From Candidatus Aenigmatarchaeota archaeon (GTDB lineage Archaea; Aenigmatarchaeota; Aenigmatarchaeia; QMZP01), in assembly GCA_038999435.1 (NCBI GenBank), contig JAVZYR010000001.1, forward strand, positions 12,708-76,707: a stretch of DNA of 64,000 bases, in the 5' to 3' direction. Position numbers and translations under genes: made by a program. Shown here one piece after another: positions 1 to 9,485 of the stretch (position 1 is its first letter; each line of letters starts with the position of its first letter). The notes beneath the pieces were generated by a model. That model was not told the origin of the DNA. It searched no databases and saw only the letters and a program-made list of their open reading frames with translations.

Positions 1-1
1 G

Positions 2-859
2 CTGGCATGGGAAACCAGCTGCCCTTACGCATGAAATTGCGCCAGGAGAGATTGATAATGAAACACCTGATGGTGCGTCAGATAATGTAATCTTAAATTT
101 CGCTTCATTGTGTTTTGCAGGTGGAATCACTACAGCACTGAAACTGCTTGGTTCTGACTTACATATCCCTGTTGATTTTTGACCACCTTTGACATCACAA
201 TATTGCCCCTCTGAGCAAGGACAATCGCAGCAACAATTATTAACACTTTCGCCAAGTTCTGTTTGGCATTGCCCATCTCCACATATCCAGGAAGATATGC
301 TGATGTCTGAAAATCCAGCCGAGATATTATAAATGGTCTCATTTATTGCATAATCTGGTATGCTGAGGTTAAATGCAATTTTATTTGATGTCAATGTGTA
401 TTGGCCCTCACCACATCCAGCAAGCGCAGGTATTTCAATTGTGCAATTTATCTTGTTATCCCAAACTGCGCATTTTGATGTATCAATGTTGCGTGTCAGG
501 TTGCCAAGCGTGTAGGAAGCAGAACTGATGTATGCACCTGTTGGCATATTAACAATCTTTACTGTAACATTCGCTTCATGTCTATTGTTACAGCCAATAA
601 AAGATGTTGGTGTGGTTTGAATATGCTGAAGGCTTATGTCACTGAGTTGTTTGCATGTTTGTGTTCCTGTGTCGCAGTACCATCCAGTAGGACATGGATT
701 ATTAGGATCGCATGACTCAAATTGCGCTCTTGCGCTTGGTATGATTTGTGCTGGTTTCCACTCAGCCATTAGTGCAGATGATACCCACGTCCAGCTAAAG
801 ATAAGCCATGCTACCAAAATCGCGCCAATTTCAATTACAAGGAGCCTTTTGTTCAACAT
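2..859 (-). CDS. Cys-rich secreted/membrane-anchored surface protein, running off the window start (partial, not in ORF track)
   Basis: Hand translation from ATG 859: MLNKRLLVIEIGAILVAWLIFSWTWVSSALMAEW... CDPNNPCPTGWYCDTGTQTC... CGDGQCQTELGESVNNCCCDCPCSEGQYCD..., open to position 2; start overlaps the stop of 853..3165. Confidence 0.85.
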   Translation of the reverse strand, partial: MLNKRLLVIEIGAILVAWLIFSWTWVSSALMAEWKPAQIIPSARAQFESCDPNNPCPTGWYCDTGTQTCKQLSDISLQHIQTTPTSFIGCNNRHEANVTVKIVNMPTGAYISSASYTLGNLTRNIDTSKCAVWDNKINCTIEIPALAGCGEGQYTLTSNKIAFNLSIPDYAINETIYNISAGFSDISISSWICGDGQCQTELGESVNNCCCDCPCSEGQYCDVKGGQKSTGICKSEPSSFSAVVIPPAKHNEAKFKITLSDAPSGVSLSISPGAISCVRAAGFPCQ

Positions 860-3165
860 ATCTGAAGGCTGCAAAGCGCTATTTGTTTATAGTCAAAGCA
901 TGCCATTATTTTTAAACATTCTGGTGGAAGGTTATAGGTTGGTTTCCATGGTAAATTTGGAAATATAGCAGCTTTGTAGGACTCTTGTATGCAGAATGGT
1001 ATAAGGGTAGACTTACCATATACACAATCATTAAGTATGGCAAAATTATTTATTTCATCATAGCAACCCATATAAACCATGCATGTTGCATTACACGGAT
1101 CACATGGATTTGTGGTACTTCCTGGGATACAACCAGGTGGAGTGTTTTTGTAAAAACCTCCACATGCCCTGAATTCATTCTGACATTGCTTAAGTATGCC
1201 ATTTTGTGCTGAATTTTCACTGCATCTGTCTGATACCTGAAGAACAGCAATTGATTTGGTCCCACATCCTAAAAGCCAATCTATCGCCTCTCCTATGGCT
1301 ACCCCTCTACATTTATCATGGTCGCTTTCAGAATCGCATCCTCCCATATCCTCACAGCAATCATCTTTTGCAGAATCCCTCACATCATCAGCCATGTCCA
1401 TAATATTTTTCATATCCGGCACAGTTACTATAAGATTTGCATCATATGGTGGTATGTTAATTTGCGTGCTTGATGTCTCAATGGGTGTTGCTCTGTGCTG
1501 ATATTTACCCATTGTCTTACCTTCGTATGTGAATATTTCAGCTCCAGCCGTCTGTAGTCCTTCTTTACTCATTACCCTGGCATAGACATTATATAGCCCA
1601 GGCGGTATATAGTCAACTGTCACGCTATGTTTTATAATCAATGCATCACCAGTCTGTTTGATGCAATCCAGTTCGCTTAAATTGTTGCAATCGATAATCT
1701 TTGATAAATTGTAATTCATAACATAATATTGTCTGCTGCCATCAGTTGAATTGAAAATCAGCGTGACTGCCTCAACATCCACAGGTGCATATGCATCATG
1801 GCATGAACCTGTGTCCTTATAGAAGCTGAATTTTATTTTTGATGGCTTGAGCAGCACTACAGTCAGACCTACAAGCTCAGAGACAGACTTTCTCTCTCTG
1901 TATATTGAATATCCAGGGGCTGATACGGTCAGATTTCCAATCGAAGCTGTGACAGCACCTTTTACATTTCCATTTGCATCTGTTGTGAATGCACAGCCCT
2001 CATAATATACAGTTGCGCCGGGTATGGGTGCCCCTGATTGGTCAATCACAGTTATATTAATCGGATTTGTTGGGTTTTCGCAAGATATGGCAGGTGTAAG
2101 TGTTGCAGCACAATCATTGGCAGGCCTCATATTATCTACAGCAACATTTATTGCAAATTTGAAAAAATTGTCAGCCAGCTCATCATACACAGAGACAATA
2201 GCAGGATATCTAAATGAATATCGAATGTTATACCATTGAATGCAGATTTGCACAGTATAAGAAAATACACCAGAGAGCCTTAATATCGGCTCTGCAGGCC
2301 CAATAAATATCATCCCGCTCTGTGTGGCATAAAGAAGTGGCAGCCCAAGCTGTGGATTAAGGTCTGTATATTTCTTGCCATCAAGGTCAGGGATGTTCAA
2401 CACAGGGCTATGCTTTGTGTTTACAGGTTTCCACCATTGAATATTGCTCAACGTGTACTCAAAAACACCCCTCATTAGGGCACTTGTCTCCTCAGGCATA
2501 AGAAGTATTGTCTGCCCACATTCTGTCAGCCATCCAAATGTTGGTAGCTGAGAATAATACAGATTTTTGATTGTTGCCCATTCAAGTGCTCTTGTGTTTG
2601 CCTGAAAATTTGTGAAGTCCTTGGCAAATTTATATATATAGCCAAACCTTGTCGGAACCGTGACAACGTAAGGCTGTTCAAGCTCTTCTCCTCCCACTTT
2701 TGTAGGAAGCCATAGTGCAAAATTTATCTTGTCTTCCTCAATCTTTATTTCAGCCTTTACATCTGTCTTATCAAATGAAACCTGCTTGCCATCGATTGTC
2801 ATGGTATTATTTAGAGATGCAAGAACATCGCCCATTGTTTTATTTTTCAGATTGTTTTCTATCTCTTGCAGGGTAGGGTAGGTTTTGTTTCCACAGGCAG
2901 ACCAATATGCAACAGGCGTGTCTATGTAAAGCGGGCTGTCTGCTGGTGGGCTGAACAAACCTCCCTGTGCTTCTATTATCTCAAGATTTTCAGTGAGCCT
3001 CTCCTTTATGATACTTAATATCTGGCTGTGTACATGCTTTAGATGCTCTGGAATTGCTGGAGAGACAGGGAACGCAGGTGCAGCAAGAAATAGATAATAT
3101 ATTGCAATTATAGCAATGATAACAATACCAATAATAGCAATAAATTCCAGCTGCCCTTTAGCCAT
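853..3165 (-). CDS. Large pilin-like/secreted protein with class III signal peptide, carboxypeptidase-regulatory-like beta-sandwich and Cys-rich C-terminus
   Basis: N-terminus MAKG/QLEFIAIIG plus hydrophobic helix (archaeal class III signal pattern); INITVIDQSGAPIPGATV...TTDANG...LTVSAPGY motif; many Cys in last ~200 aa. Confidence 0.75.
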   Translation of the reverse strand: MAKGQLEFIAIIGIVIIAIIAIYYLFLAAPAFPVSPAIPEHLKHVHSQILSIIKERLTENLEIIEAQGGLFSPPADSPLYIDTPVAYWSACGNKTYPTLQEIENNLKNKTMGDVLASLNNTMTIDGKQVSFDKTDVKAEIKIEEDKINFALWLPTKVGGEELEQPYVVTVPTRFGYIYKFAKDFTNFQANTRALEWATIKNLYYSQLPTFGWLTECGQTILLMPEETSALMRGVFEYTLSNIQWWKPVNTKHSPVLNIPDLDGKKYTDLNPQLGLPLLYATQSGMIFIGPAEPILRLSGVFSYTVQICIQWYNIRYSFRYPAIVSVYDELADNFFKFAINVAVDNMRPANDCAATLTPAISCENPTNPINITVIDQSGAPIPGATVYYEGCAFTTDANGNVKGAVTASIGNLTVSAPGYSIYRERKSVSELVGLTVVLLKPSKIKFSFYKDTGSCHDAYAPVDVEAVTLIFNSTDGSRQYYVMNYNLSKIIDCNNLSELDCIKQTGDALIIKHSVTVDYIPPGLYNVYARVMSKEGLQTAGAEIFTYEGKTMGKYQHRATPIETSSTQINIPPYDANLIVTVPDMKNIMDMADDVRDSAKDDCCEDMGGCDSESDHDKCRGVAIGEAIDWLLGCGTKSIAVLQVSDRCSENSAQNGILKQCQNEFRACGGFYKNTPPGCIPGSTTNPCDPCNATCMVYMGCYDEINNFAILNDCVYGKSTLIPFCIQESYKAAIFPNLPWKPTYNLPPECLKIMACFDYKQIALCSLQIC

Positions 3166-3239
3166 AAAAATAATTGGCTGTGTAAATTTAAATTAACCTT
3201 CTTTGCTCAATTTTAAATTGTTTCAATCCGTTTTTACAT

Positions 3240-5969
3240 ATGCATCCTGTGTTTAAACTGCTTGGTAGCGAAGTTGGGGATTTGGCTAGCAGACGATTTG
3301 GCCAACCAACACCTGTTCAGGAAGATGTCATTCCACACATCCTTGATGGCAAGGATTGTCTTGTGGTAGCAGAGACAGGCAGTGGAAAAACAGAGGCATG
3401 TCTTCTACCCATATTTAGCAAGTGGCTTTGTCAGCAACCAAAGGCAACAGCCATACTCTACATAACACCATTAAGGGCATTGAACCGTGATTTGTTAAAA
3501 AGGCTTCTTTGGTGGGGAGAAAACATAGGTATAGATATATCAGTGCGGCATGGTGATACGAGTACATATGAAAGGGCGATGCAGGCAGAAAATCCTGCTG
3601 ATATGCTGATATCAACACCTGAAAGCCTTCAGGCAATCCTACTTGGCAAAAAACTCAGAAAGGCGTTAGAAAACATAAAATGGATAATTATTGATGAGTT
3701 GCACGAGCTGTTTCCAAACAAAAGAGGTGCACAACTCCTCATTGCCCTTGCAAGGCTTTCAGCATTTCTCAAGCAAGGGCCACAAATCATCGCGCTTTCA
3801 GCAACACTTGGAAATCCACAAGAAGCAGCAGAATGGCTCGCTTCGCCATTTGGCAAGCAATGCAATGTGATAAACACTGTGCCAGCAAGGAAACAAAAGA
3901 TATGCATTGAGATGCCAAGGCCTGGCCCACAAGATGTTGAATTTGCAGAGAGAATGGCAACATCACCAGAGCTTGCAGCGCGACTGAGAAGGATAAAGGA
4001 GATATTCAGCGAGAAAAGGTCTCTGCTGATATTCACAAATACGCGTGAATGGGCAGAGATACTTGCATCGAGGCTGAGGGCAGCCGGGCTTGCACTTGAT
4101 ATACATCATTCCTCGCTCTCCAGAGAGGCAAGGATAAAGGCAGAGAATGAGCTGAAGGAAGGAAATATAAAGGCAATTGTGTGCACATCAAGCCTTGAGC
4201 TTGGTATAGACATAGGGCATATAGATTTCATTCTGCAATATGGCTCGCCGAGGCAGGTTGGAAAATTGATTCAGCGTATAGGCCGTTCAGGTCATAGGAT
4301 TGACAAGATAGCAGAAGGAATCATACTCACCACAGATATTGATGATATGCTCGAGGCAAGGGCGATAGTCAGCTTGGCTGAAAAGGGCTGGACAGAGCCC
4401 ATAAGACCATATAACAAGCCATTGGATGTGCTCTGTCATCAAATTGCAGGCATACTTTTAGAAAGATACAAAATAAGGGCAAATGATGTCTACAACCTCT
4501 TTAAAAAGACAAAAACATTTGAGGGCCTTAGTTGGGAAGAATTTATCGAAATGTGCAATTTTATGCAAAAGCTGGGATATCTTTGGATTGATAGCATAGG
4601 AGATGATTTCTTGCTGAAAAGGAGAAAGGCAACATTCGGATATTACTACTCAAATCTTTCGACGATACCTGATGTTAAAAATTATCGTGTGATTGATATC
4701 GTGAGCCAGCAGCCAATAGGAACCCTTGATGCAGAGTTTGTTGCGCTGCATGGCAATCCTGACCAGGTTATCATATTCAAGGGCAGGTCATGGCGCATCA
4801 TTGAGGTTGGAGAAAGGATACTCGTTGAGCCAACCGATGATATCACAGGTGCAATACCTGCATGGGAAGGTGAGCTAATACCTGTTCCAAAAGAGGTTGC
4901 AGAGAATGTTGGTAAATTAAGAAAGGAAATAAAGATGGATGGACAGCCCATTGTACCTGACAATGAAACAGTACTTTTTGAATGGGGAAAGGAAAGGGTG
5001 CAGGGCCTGGGCCCGAGCATAAACTATGCCATCATCCACATATGCAGTGGCTCTCAGGCAAACGAGGCAATAGGTCAGGCCCTTGCATACAAGCTCTCAC
5101 AGCGGTTTGGCTCTGTAGCGCTCAGAACAGACCCATATAGAATATTAATAAGATGGTCAGGTGGAAGTTGGAGAGATGCTTACGAAGCATTCTTGGATAT
5201 AAAGGAAGGGGGAAATCTGAAAGAGATTTTGACAGAGGCATTGCCACATACAGAGTTGTTTGCATGGCGCTTCTATCAAGTCTGTCAAAGATTTGGTATC
5301 ATATCAAGGGATGCACAGCTATCAAAATTCTACCTTAAAAAGCTAATGGAAAGTTACAGAGATAGCCCTGCATGGCGTGAGACAATGAATGAAATAGAGC
5401 AGGGCAAGATTGACATCACAGGCGCAGCAGAGGTATTGACAAAGATAAAAAGGATAGAGGTCATAGAAGGCCTAACAGCCCTTGGAAGGGCCATTGCGCA
5501 CAAAGGCTTTGAACTTGTTGGGCTTGCAAGACCAGAGCATGAGATATTTTCAGCATTCAAGGAAAGGCTGTTAGCAACAAAGATTGGGCTTGTCTGCTGT
5601 TATTGTGCAAAATGGGCAAGGGTAACAGAGGTGAGAGAAATACCAGAACTTATATGTCCTGTTTGCAGTTCAAAGTTGATTGCTGTTGTGCCATGGAGAA
5701 GGGTTGATGAGGCAAAAAAACTAATCGAGGCAGCAAACAAAAAGAAAAGGATGAAAAAAGCTGAAGAGGAAAGGGTAGAAAGGATACTTGCAGGTGCATA
5801 CCTTGTGATTTCTCATGGCAGGGATGCTGTGCTCTGTCTCGCAGGCCATGGCATTGGACCACAGACAGCCTCGCGGATACTTTCAACAATGCCAAAGGAT
5901 GATGAGTTGTTCAGGGCAATACTAAAGGCTGAAAAGGAATTTTTGAGAACAAGAGTCTATTGGAGATGA
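3240..5969 (+). CDS. lhr: Lhr-like ATP-dependent SF2 helicase
   Basis: AETGSGKT, YITPLRALNRD, IDELH, SLELGIDIG, QRIGRSGH motifs; C-terminal CxxC...CPVC Zn site typical of archaeal Lhr. Confidence 0.93.
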   Translation: MHPVFKLLGSEVGDLASRRFGQPTPVQEDVIPHILDGKDCLVVAETGSGKTEACLLPIFSKWLCQQPKATAILYITPLRALNRDLLKRLLWWGENIGIDISVRHGDTSTYERAMQAENPADMLISTPESLQAILLGKKLRKALENIKWIIIDELHELFPNKRGAQLLIALARLSAFLKQGPQIIALSATLGNPQEAAEWLASPFGKQCNVINTVPARKQKICIEMPRPGPQDVEFAERMATSPELAARLRRIKEIFSEKRSLLIFTNTREWAEILASRLRAAGLALDIHHSSLSREARIKAENELKEGNIKAIVCTSSLELGIDIGHIDFILQYGSPRQVGKLIQRIGRSGHRIDKIAEGIILTTDIDDMLEARAIVSLAEKGWTEPIRPYNKPLDVLCHQIAGILLERYKIRANDVYNLFKKTKTFEGLSWEEFIEMCNFMQKLGYLWIDSIGDDFLLKRRKATFGYYYSNLSTIPDVKNYRVIDIVSQQPIGTLDAEFVALHGNPDQVIIFKGRSWRIIEVGERILVEPTDDITGAIPAWEGELIPVPKEVAENVGKLRKEIKMDGQPIVPDNETVLFEWGKERVQGLGPSINYAIIHICSGSQANEAIGQALAYKLSQRFGSVALRTDPYRILIRWSGGSWRDAYEAFLDIKEGGNLKEILTEALPHTELFAWRFYQVCQRFGIISRDAQLSKFYLKKLMESYRDSPAWRETMNEIEQGKIDITGAAEVLTKIKRIEVIEGLTALGRAIAHKGFELVGLARPEHEIFSAFKERLLATKIGLVCCYCAKWARVTEVREIPELICPVCSSKLIAVVPWRRVDEAKKLIEAANKKKRMKKAEEERVERILAGAYLVISHGRDAVLCLAGHGIGPQTASRILSTMPKDDELFRAILKAEKEFLRTRVYWR

Positions 5970-6631
5970 GGTCTAAATCTGCCTAATAACGTCCCATCGA
6001 GAAGATAAAGTTCAAAACTTTTTATCCTTTTTGCAACAGGGCCAAGCAGCGCCTTCTTGTTTACTGCAAGGCCACCAGCCCAGTGATTAAATGCAGGTAT
6101 GATTACAATCTCTGGCCTCTGTCTTGCAATAACCCACACAGGCTCTGTCCAGGTATAGCCAAGCGTATCTTTGAATTCAAAAACAGGATGCGAATGTGCA
6201 ATCACAATCCTTTTCATTGTCCATGCCTTTTTGTCAGGTTTGGCATGCCCATGGCAAAACCATGTATCTCCGCTTTCTATCCCTTTTGTTGGTAATATCT
6301 CAAGATTTTGTTCTGTAATCCTTTTTATTCCACCATCATGATTGCCTGGGATTAGCCGGATAGGACATTTTATATCAGAGATGAAGCGAGAAATCTCTGC
6401 AAGTTCCCTTTTGCTCATCCCAGGTATTTTATGTTTAAGGTCTCCTAAAATCAGCAAATCCTTGCAGCCAGTCATGTTAAGAATTTCTCTTATCTTTTCA
6501 GCCATTTCTCTTCTCTGTGACGGTATCCTTATCCCTGCTTCCCTCGGTTCAAGCTCTATGCCAAGATGCAGGTCTGCTATAATAAGCGTCTTACCAATCT
6601 TCAGGGCTGGTTTGCCTAAAACAAATCTCAT
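5957..6631 (-). CDS. Calcineurin-like metallophosphoesterase (Lhr-associated MPE family)
   Basis: IADLHLG, LGDLKH, PGNHD, HGH, AHSHP, PAFN motifs; adjacent to lhr. Confidence 0.9.
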   Translation of the reverse strand: MRFVLGKPALKIGKTLIIADLHLGIELEPREAGIRIPSQRREMAEKIREILNMTGCKDLLILGDLKHKIPGMSKRELAEISRFISDIKCPIRLIPGNHDGGIKRITEQNLEILPTKGIESGDTWFCHGHAKPDKKAWTMKRIVIAHSHPVFEFKDTLGYTWTEPVWVIARQRPEIVIIPAFNHWAGGLAVNKKALLGPVAKRIKSFELYLLDGTLLGRFRPHLQ

Positions 6632-6662
6632 AAGAATTTAAATTTTTATTTTATTAAAAAAT

Positions 6663-6881
6663 ATGGACTTTGATGAAGAGGAGTTTAAGGAGTTCAAGGC
6701 AATGCTTTTAAGTCAGGCAGGTGTATATTCGGTTGGGCTTGGTGAAAATGAGAAAGGAGAATATACAATAACAATCTATGCTGAAAAAGATGTTCCTGTT
6801 GAAATTCCAATAAGACCGCGTTCGCTTAAAAAATATCCTGTGAAAATCATTAGGGGAGAGCCAATAGAGGCAAAGAAATAA
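6663..6881 (+). CDS. Small protein resembling the N-terminal domain of the downstream protease
   Basis: 72-aa ORF; GVYSVGLG...ITIYAEK...IP...VKIIRGEPIEA parallels NVEGVGIG...IVVNVKK...IP...DVYETGEIRA in 6906..7946. Confidence 0.7.
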   Translation: MDFDEEEFKEFKAMLLSQAGVYSVGLGENEKGEYTITIYAEKDVPVEIPIRPRSLKKYPVKIIRGEPIEAKK

Positions 6882-6905
6882 AAAATTTTCGTCTAATTTT
6901 AGAAA

Positions 6906-7946
6906 ATGAGATATTCAAAAGATATCGATGAAATTAAAAATGTTTTGGACGCCTGGAGATACACATTATTTTGTAAGCCCAATGTTGAAGGTGTAGGTAT
7001 TGGATATAAAATTGTGAAAGGGGAGAAAACAGACGAAATATGTATTGTTGTAAATGTAAAAAAGAAATTACCAGAGCTCCCTGAAGAAGATATGATACCC
7101 AAAGAGGTTGGAGTTGGCACAAAAATTTTGACTGATGTCTATGAGACAGGAGAGATAAGAGCGCTTTATAAAGAAGCTAAAAGTGCAGAAAATTTAAGAA
7201 CAAAGAAAACAAGGCCTGCATCTGCTGGGGTTTCAATAGGACATTACAAAATTACTGCAGGCACGCTTGGATGTCTTGTGAGAAAAGATGGAAAGATAAA
7301 AATCCTTAGTAATAACCACGTGCTGGCAAATGAGAACAGGGCAAAAATAGGAGATATGATACTCCAACCAGGCCCTTATGACATTAATGATGCAAATTAT
7401 GAGCAGTACAAAATTGCACTGCTCTCTGATTATGTACCAATCTATATTATGGATGAGATACCAACATGCAAAATCAAAAACGTTGCAAAAAATTTCTTGA
7501 GATATATAAAGAAGCAATATTCAAACATTCTTGCGGCTAAAACGAATCGCTTTGATTGCGCTGTTGCTGAAGTATTCAAGCCTGATGATGTCTCAAGCAC
7601 ACTTTATGAGCTTGGTGAACCAGCAACAAAGCCAAGAGATGCAGGGCTTGATATGAAGGTTTGCAAATCAGGACGGACAACAGGCGTAACACAGGGAGAG
7701 ATAACGCAATTACACGTAACAACAAAAGTTAGGTTCTCACGTGGCTATGCAGTTTTTGAAGAACAGATAGCTACAGGACCCATGTGCAAAGGTGGTGATT
7801 CAGGCTCTTTGCTTGTTTCTCAGAGCGGGCTTGAACCTGTTGGACTACTTTTTGCAGGCTCTGATGCCATAACAATATACAATCCAATAAAAGATGTTCT
7901 GAACAAATTAGGGGTTGAAATAGTTTCAAAGCATAATCCATTATAG
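6906..7946 (+). CDS. Trypsin-fold serine protease, Nal1-like, with N-terminal domain and no signal peptide
   Basis: AGTLGCLV, LSNNHV (His), FDCAVA (Asp), KSGRTTG, GDSGS (Ser), VGLLFAG. Confidence 0.88.
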   Translation: MRYSKDIDEIKNVLDAWRYTLFCKPNVEGVGIGYKIVKGEKTDEICIVVNVKKKLPELPEEDMIPKEVGVGTKILTDVYETGEIRALYKEAKSAENLRTKKTRPASAGVSIGHYKITAGTLGCLVRKDGKIKILSNNHVLANENRAKIGDMILQPGPYDINDANYEQYKIALLSDYVPIYIMDEIPTCKIKNVAKNFLRYIKKQYSNILAAKTNRFDCAVAEVFKPDDVSSTLYELGEPATKPRDAGLDMKVCKSGRTTGVTQGEITQLHVTTKVRFSRGYAVFEEQIATGPMCKGGDSGSLLVSQSGLEPVGLLFAGSDAITIYNPIKDVLNKLGVEIVSKHNPL

Positions 7947-8129
7947 ACTGATTTCAATACCTTTATATCTGATTTTAATTTTATAACCAGTTCTTGCCCA
8001 TCTCAATATTTTGAAAAGGCCAAATGTATTTTTAAAGAGATATTTTATGGCAATAAAAAATACAGAGACAACACTTCTTATCTCTATGGTAATGTTATTT
8101 TCATCAAAATTTATATCAATTGCCTTCAT
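7941..8129 (-). CDS. Small hypothetical protein
   Basis: 62-aa ORF filling the gap between protease and HerA-like gene, with a short AT-rich divergent spacer upstream. Confidence 0.45.
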   Translation of the reverse strand: MKAIDINFDENNITIEIRSVVSVFFIAIKYLFKNTFGLFKILRWARTGYKIKIRYKGIEISL

Positions 8130-8162
8130 TCGATATTTTATACTCAGTTTATAATATTAAAA

Positions 8163-9455
8163 ATGGCAGTTGAGAAGATTGTGATAGGCCGAGATAGAGA
8201 AGATATAAAGAGATATGGCAGTGAGGGTACTGCATACATCGGCAAGCATATTGTTGGAAAGGGCGAGGAGGCACACCTTACAAACCCAATACACATGGAT
8301 TTGATAAGACCACATGTTGTGCTTGTTGCTGGAAAAAGGGGAACTGGAAAAAGCTACAGCGCAGGCGTGATTGCAGAGGAGATTGCAATGCTTCCAAAAG
8401 AAATTAGAGAGAATCTATCTGTGATAATGATTGACACAATGGGCATATACTGGTCAATGAAGATGGGAAATGAGAAGGACAGAGAACTTCTGAAGAATTG
8501 GGGACTCAAGCCACAGGGCCTGCCGATAAAGCTTTATGTGCCAAAAGGGTATGTGAAGGACTATGAGGATGTTGGAGTAAAGGTTGATGGCGCATTCACA
8601 ATTGCTTGCTCTGAGCTCACAGCATTAGATTGGATTATGACATTTGGCTTTTCTATGCTTGACCCACACGGCATAGCAATAGAGCGGGCAATAAAGGCTG
8701 TCACAGACAGATTTGGCACAGAATATTCTATATCAGACATCATAAAGGCCATAGAAGATGATAAAAGGACAGACAAATCAATAAAGGATGCACTTGTGAA
8801 TAGATTTCTTGCTGCAGAGGATTGGGGGCTTTTCGAGATTCATGGTACGACTGTTAGGGAGATGATCGAGCCAGGTGTTATCTCAGTTATTGATGTCAGC
8901 CATTATATGCGTGTCTCGGCTGGATGGTCTGTTCGCTCAATGATAGTTGGATTGTTATCAAGGAAGATTTTCCAAGAGCGGCTGATGGCAAGAAAGGCAG
9001 AAGAATTTGAGATTATGGCAGGGGAAAGGAGAAAAACAATACCAATGGTATGGCTTATGATGGACGAGGCGCATCAGTTTGTTGGCACAGAGCCAACTGC
9101 AGCAACAGAACCATTACTTACGCTTATTAAAGAAGGCAGAGAGCCGGGTATATCTGTGTTGATGATAACGCAAAGGCCTGGAAAACTACATGAGGATGCA
9201 CTGGCACAGGCAGACCTTATAATTGCACACAGGTTGACAGCTGAGGCAGACATCCGTGCGTTAAGGTCAATCATGCAGACATATGTTCTTGAAGATATAC
9301 AGGACCTGATGAATGCATTACCACGCCTCAAGGGCTCAGCGCTCATACTCGATGATAATTCAGAGAGGATATATACAGTTCAGGTCAGACCGCGTTTTTC
9401 TTGGCATGCAGGCGGTTCACCTGCTGCAATAAAGCCAAAAGGGATATTTGGATAG
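8163..9455 (+). CDS. HerA/FtsK-superfamily ATPase (DUF87-like)
   Basis: RPHVVLVAGKRGTGKSY Walker A, IDTMG, MMDEAH Walker B, KEGREPG, ITQRP motifs. Confidence 0.88.
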   Translation: MAVEKIVIGRDREDIKRYGSEGTAYIGKHIVGKGEEAHLTNPIHMDLIRPHVVLVAGKRGTGKSYSAGVIAEEIAMLPKEIRENLSVIMIDTMGIYWSMKMGNEKDRELLKNWGLKPQGLPIKLYVPKGYVKDYEDVGVKVDGAFTIACSELTALDWIMTFGFSMLDPHGIAIERAIKAVTDRFGTEYSISDIIKAIEDDKRTDKSIKDALVNRFLAAEDWGLFEIHGTTVREMIEPGVISVIDVSHYMRVSAGWSVRSMIVGLLSRKIFQERLMARKAEEFEIMAGERRKTIPMVWLMMDEAHQFVGTEPTAATEPLLTLIKEGREPGISVLMITQRPGKLHEDALAQADLIIAHRLTAEADIRALRSIMQTYVLEDIQDLMNALPRLKGSALILDDNSERIYTVQVRPRFSWHAGGSPAAIKPKGIFG

Positions 9456-9485
9456 TTTTATAAACTTTTTTAACAAAATTAAAAA

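Noticed and set aside
130..968. ORF-track entries 130..342 (-) and 636..968 (+)
   Set aside because: Shadows of the real minus-strand frame 859 to <2, which the track missed because it has no stop inside the window
3240..9455. lhr-MPE-protease-HerA considered as one defence island or integrated element
   Set aside because: Lhr plus MPE is a common housekeeping pair, orientations are mixed, and no integrase, transposase or att repeats were seen
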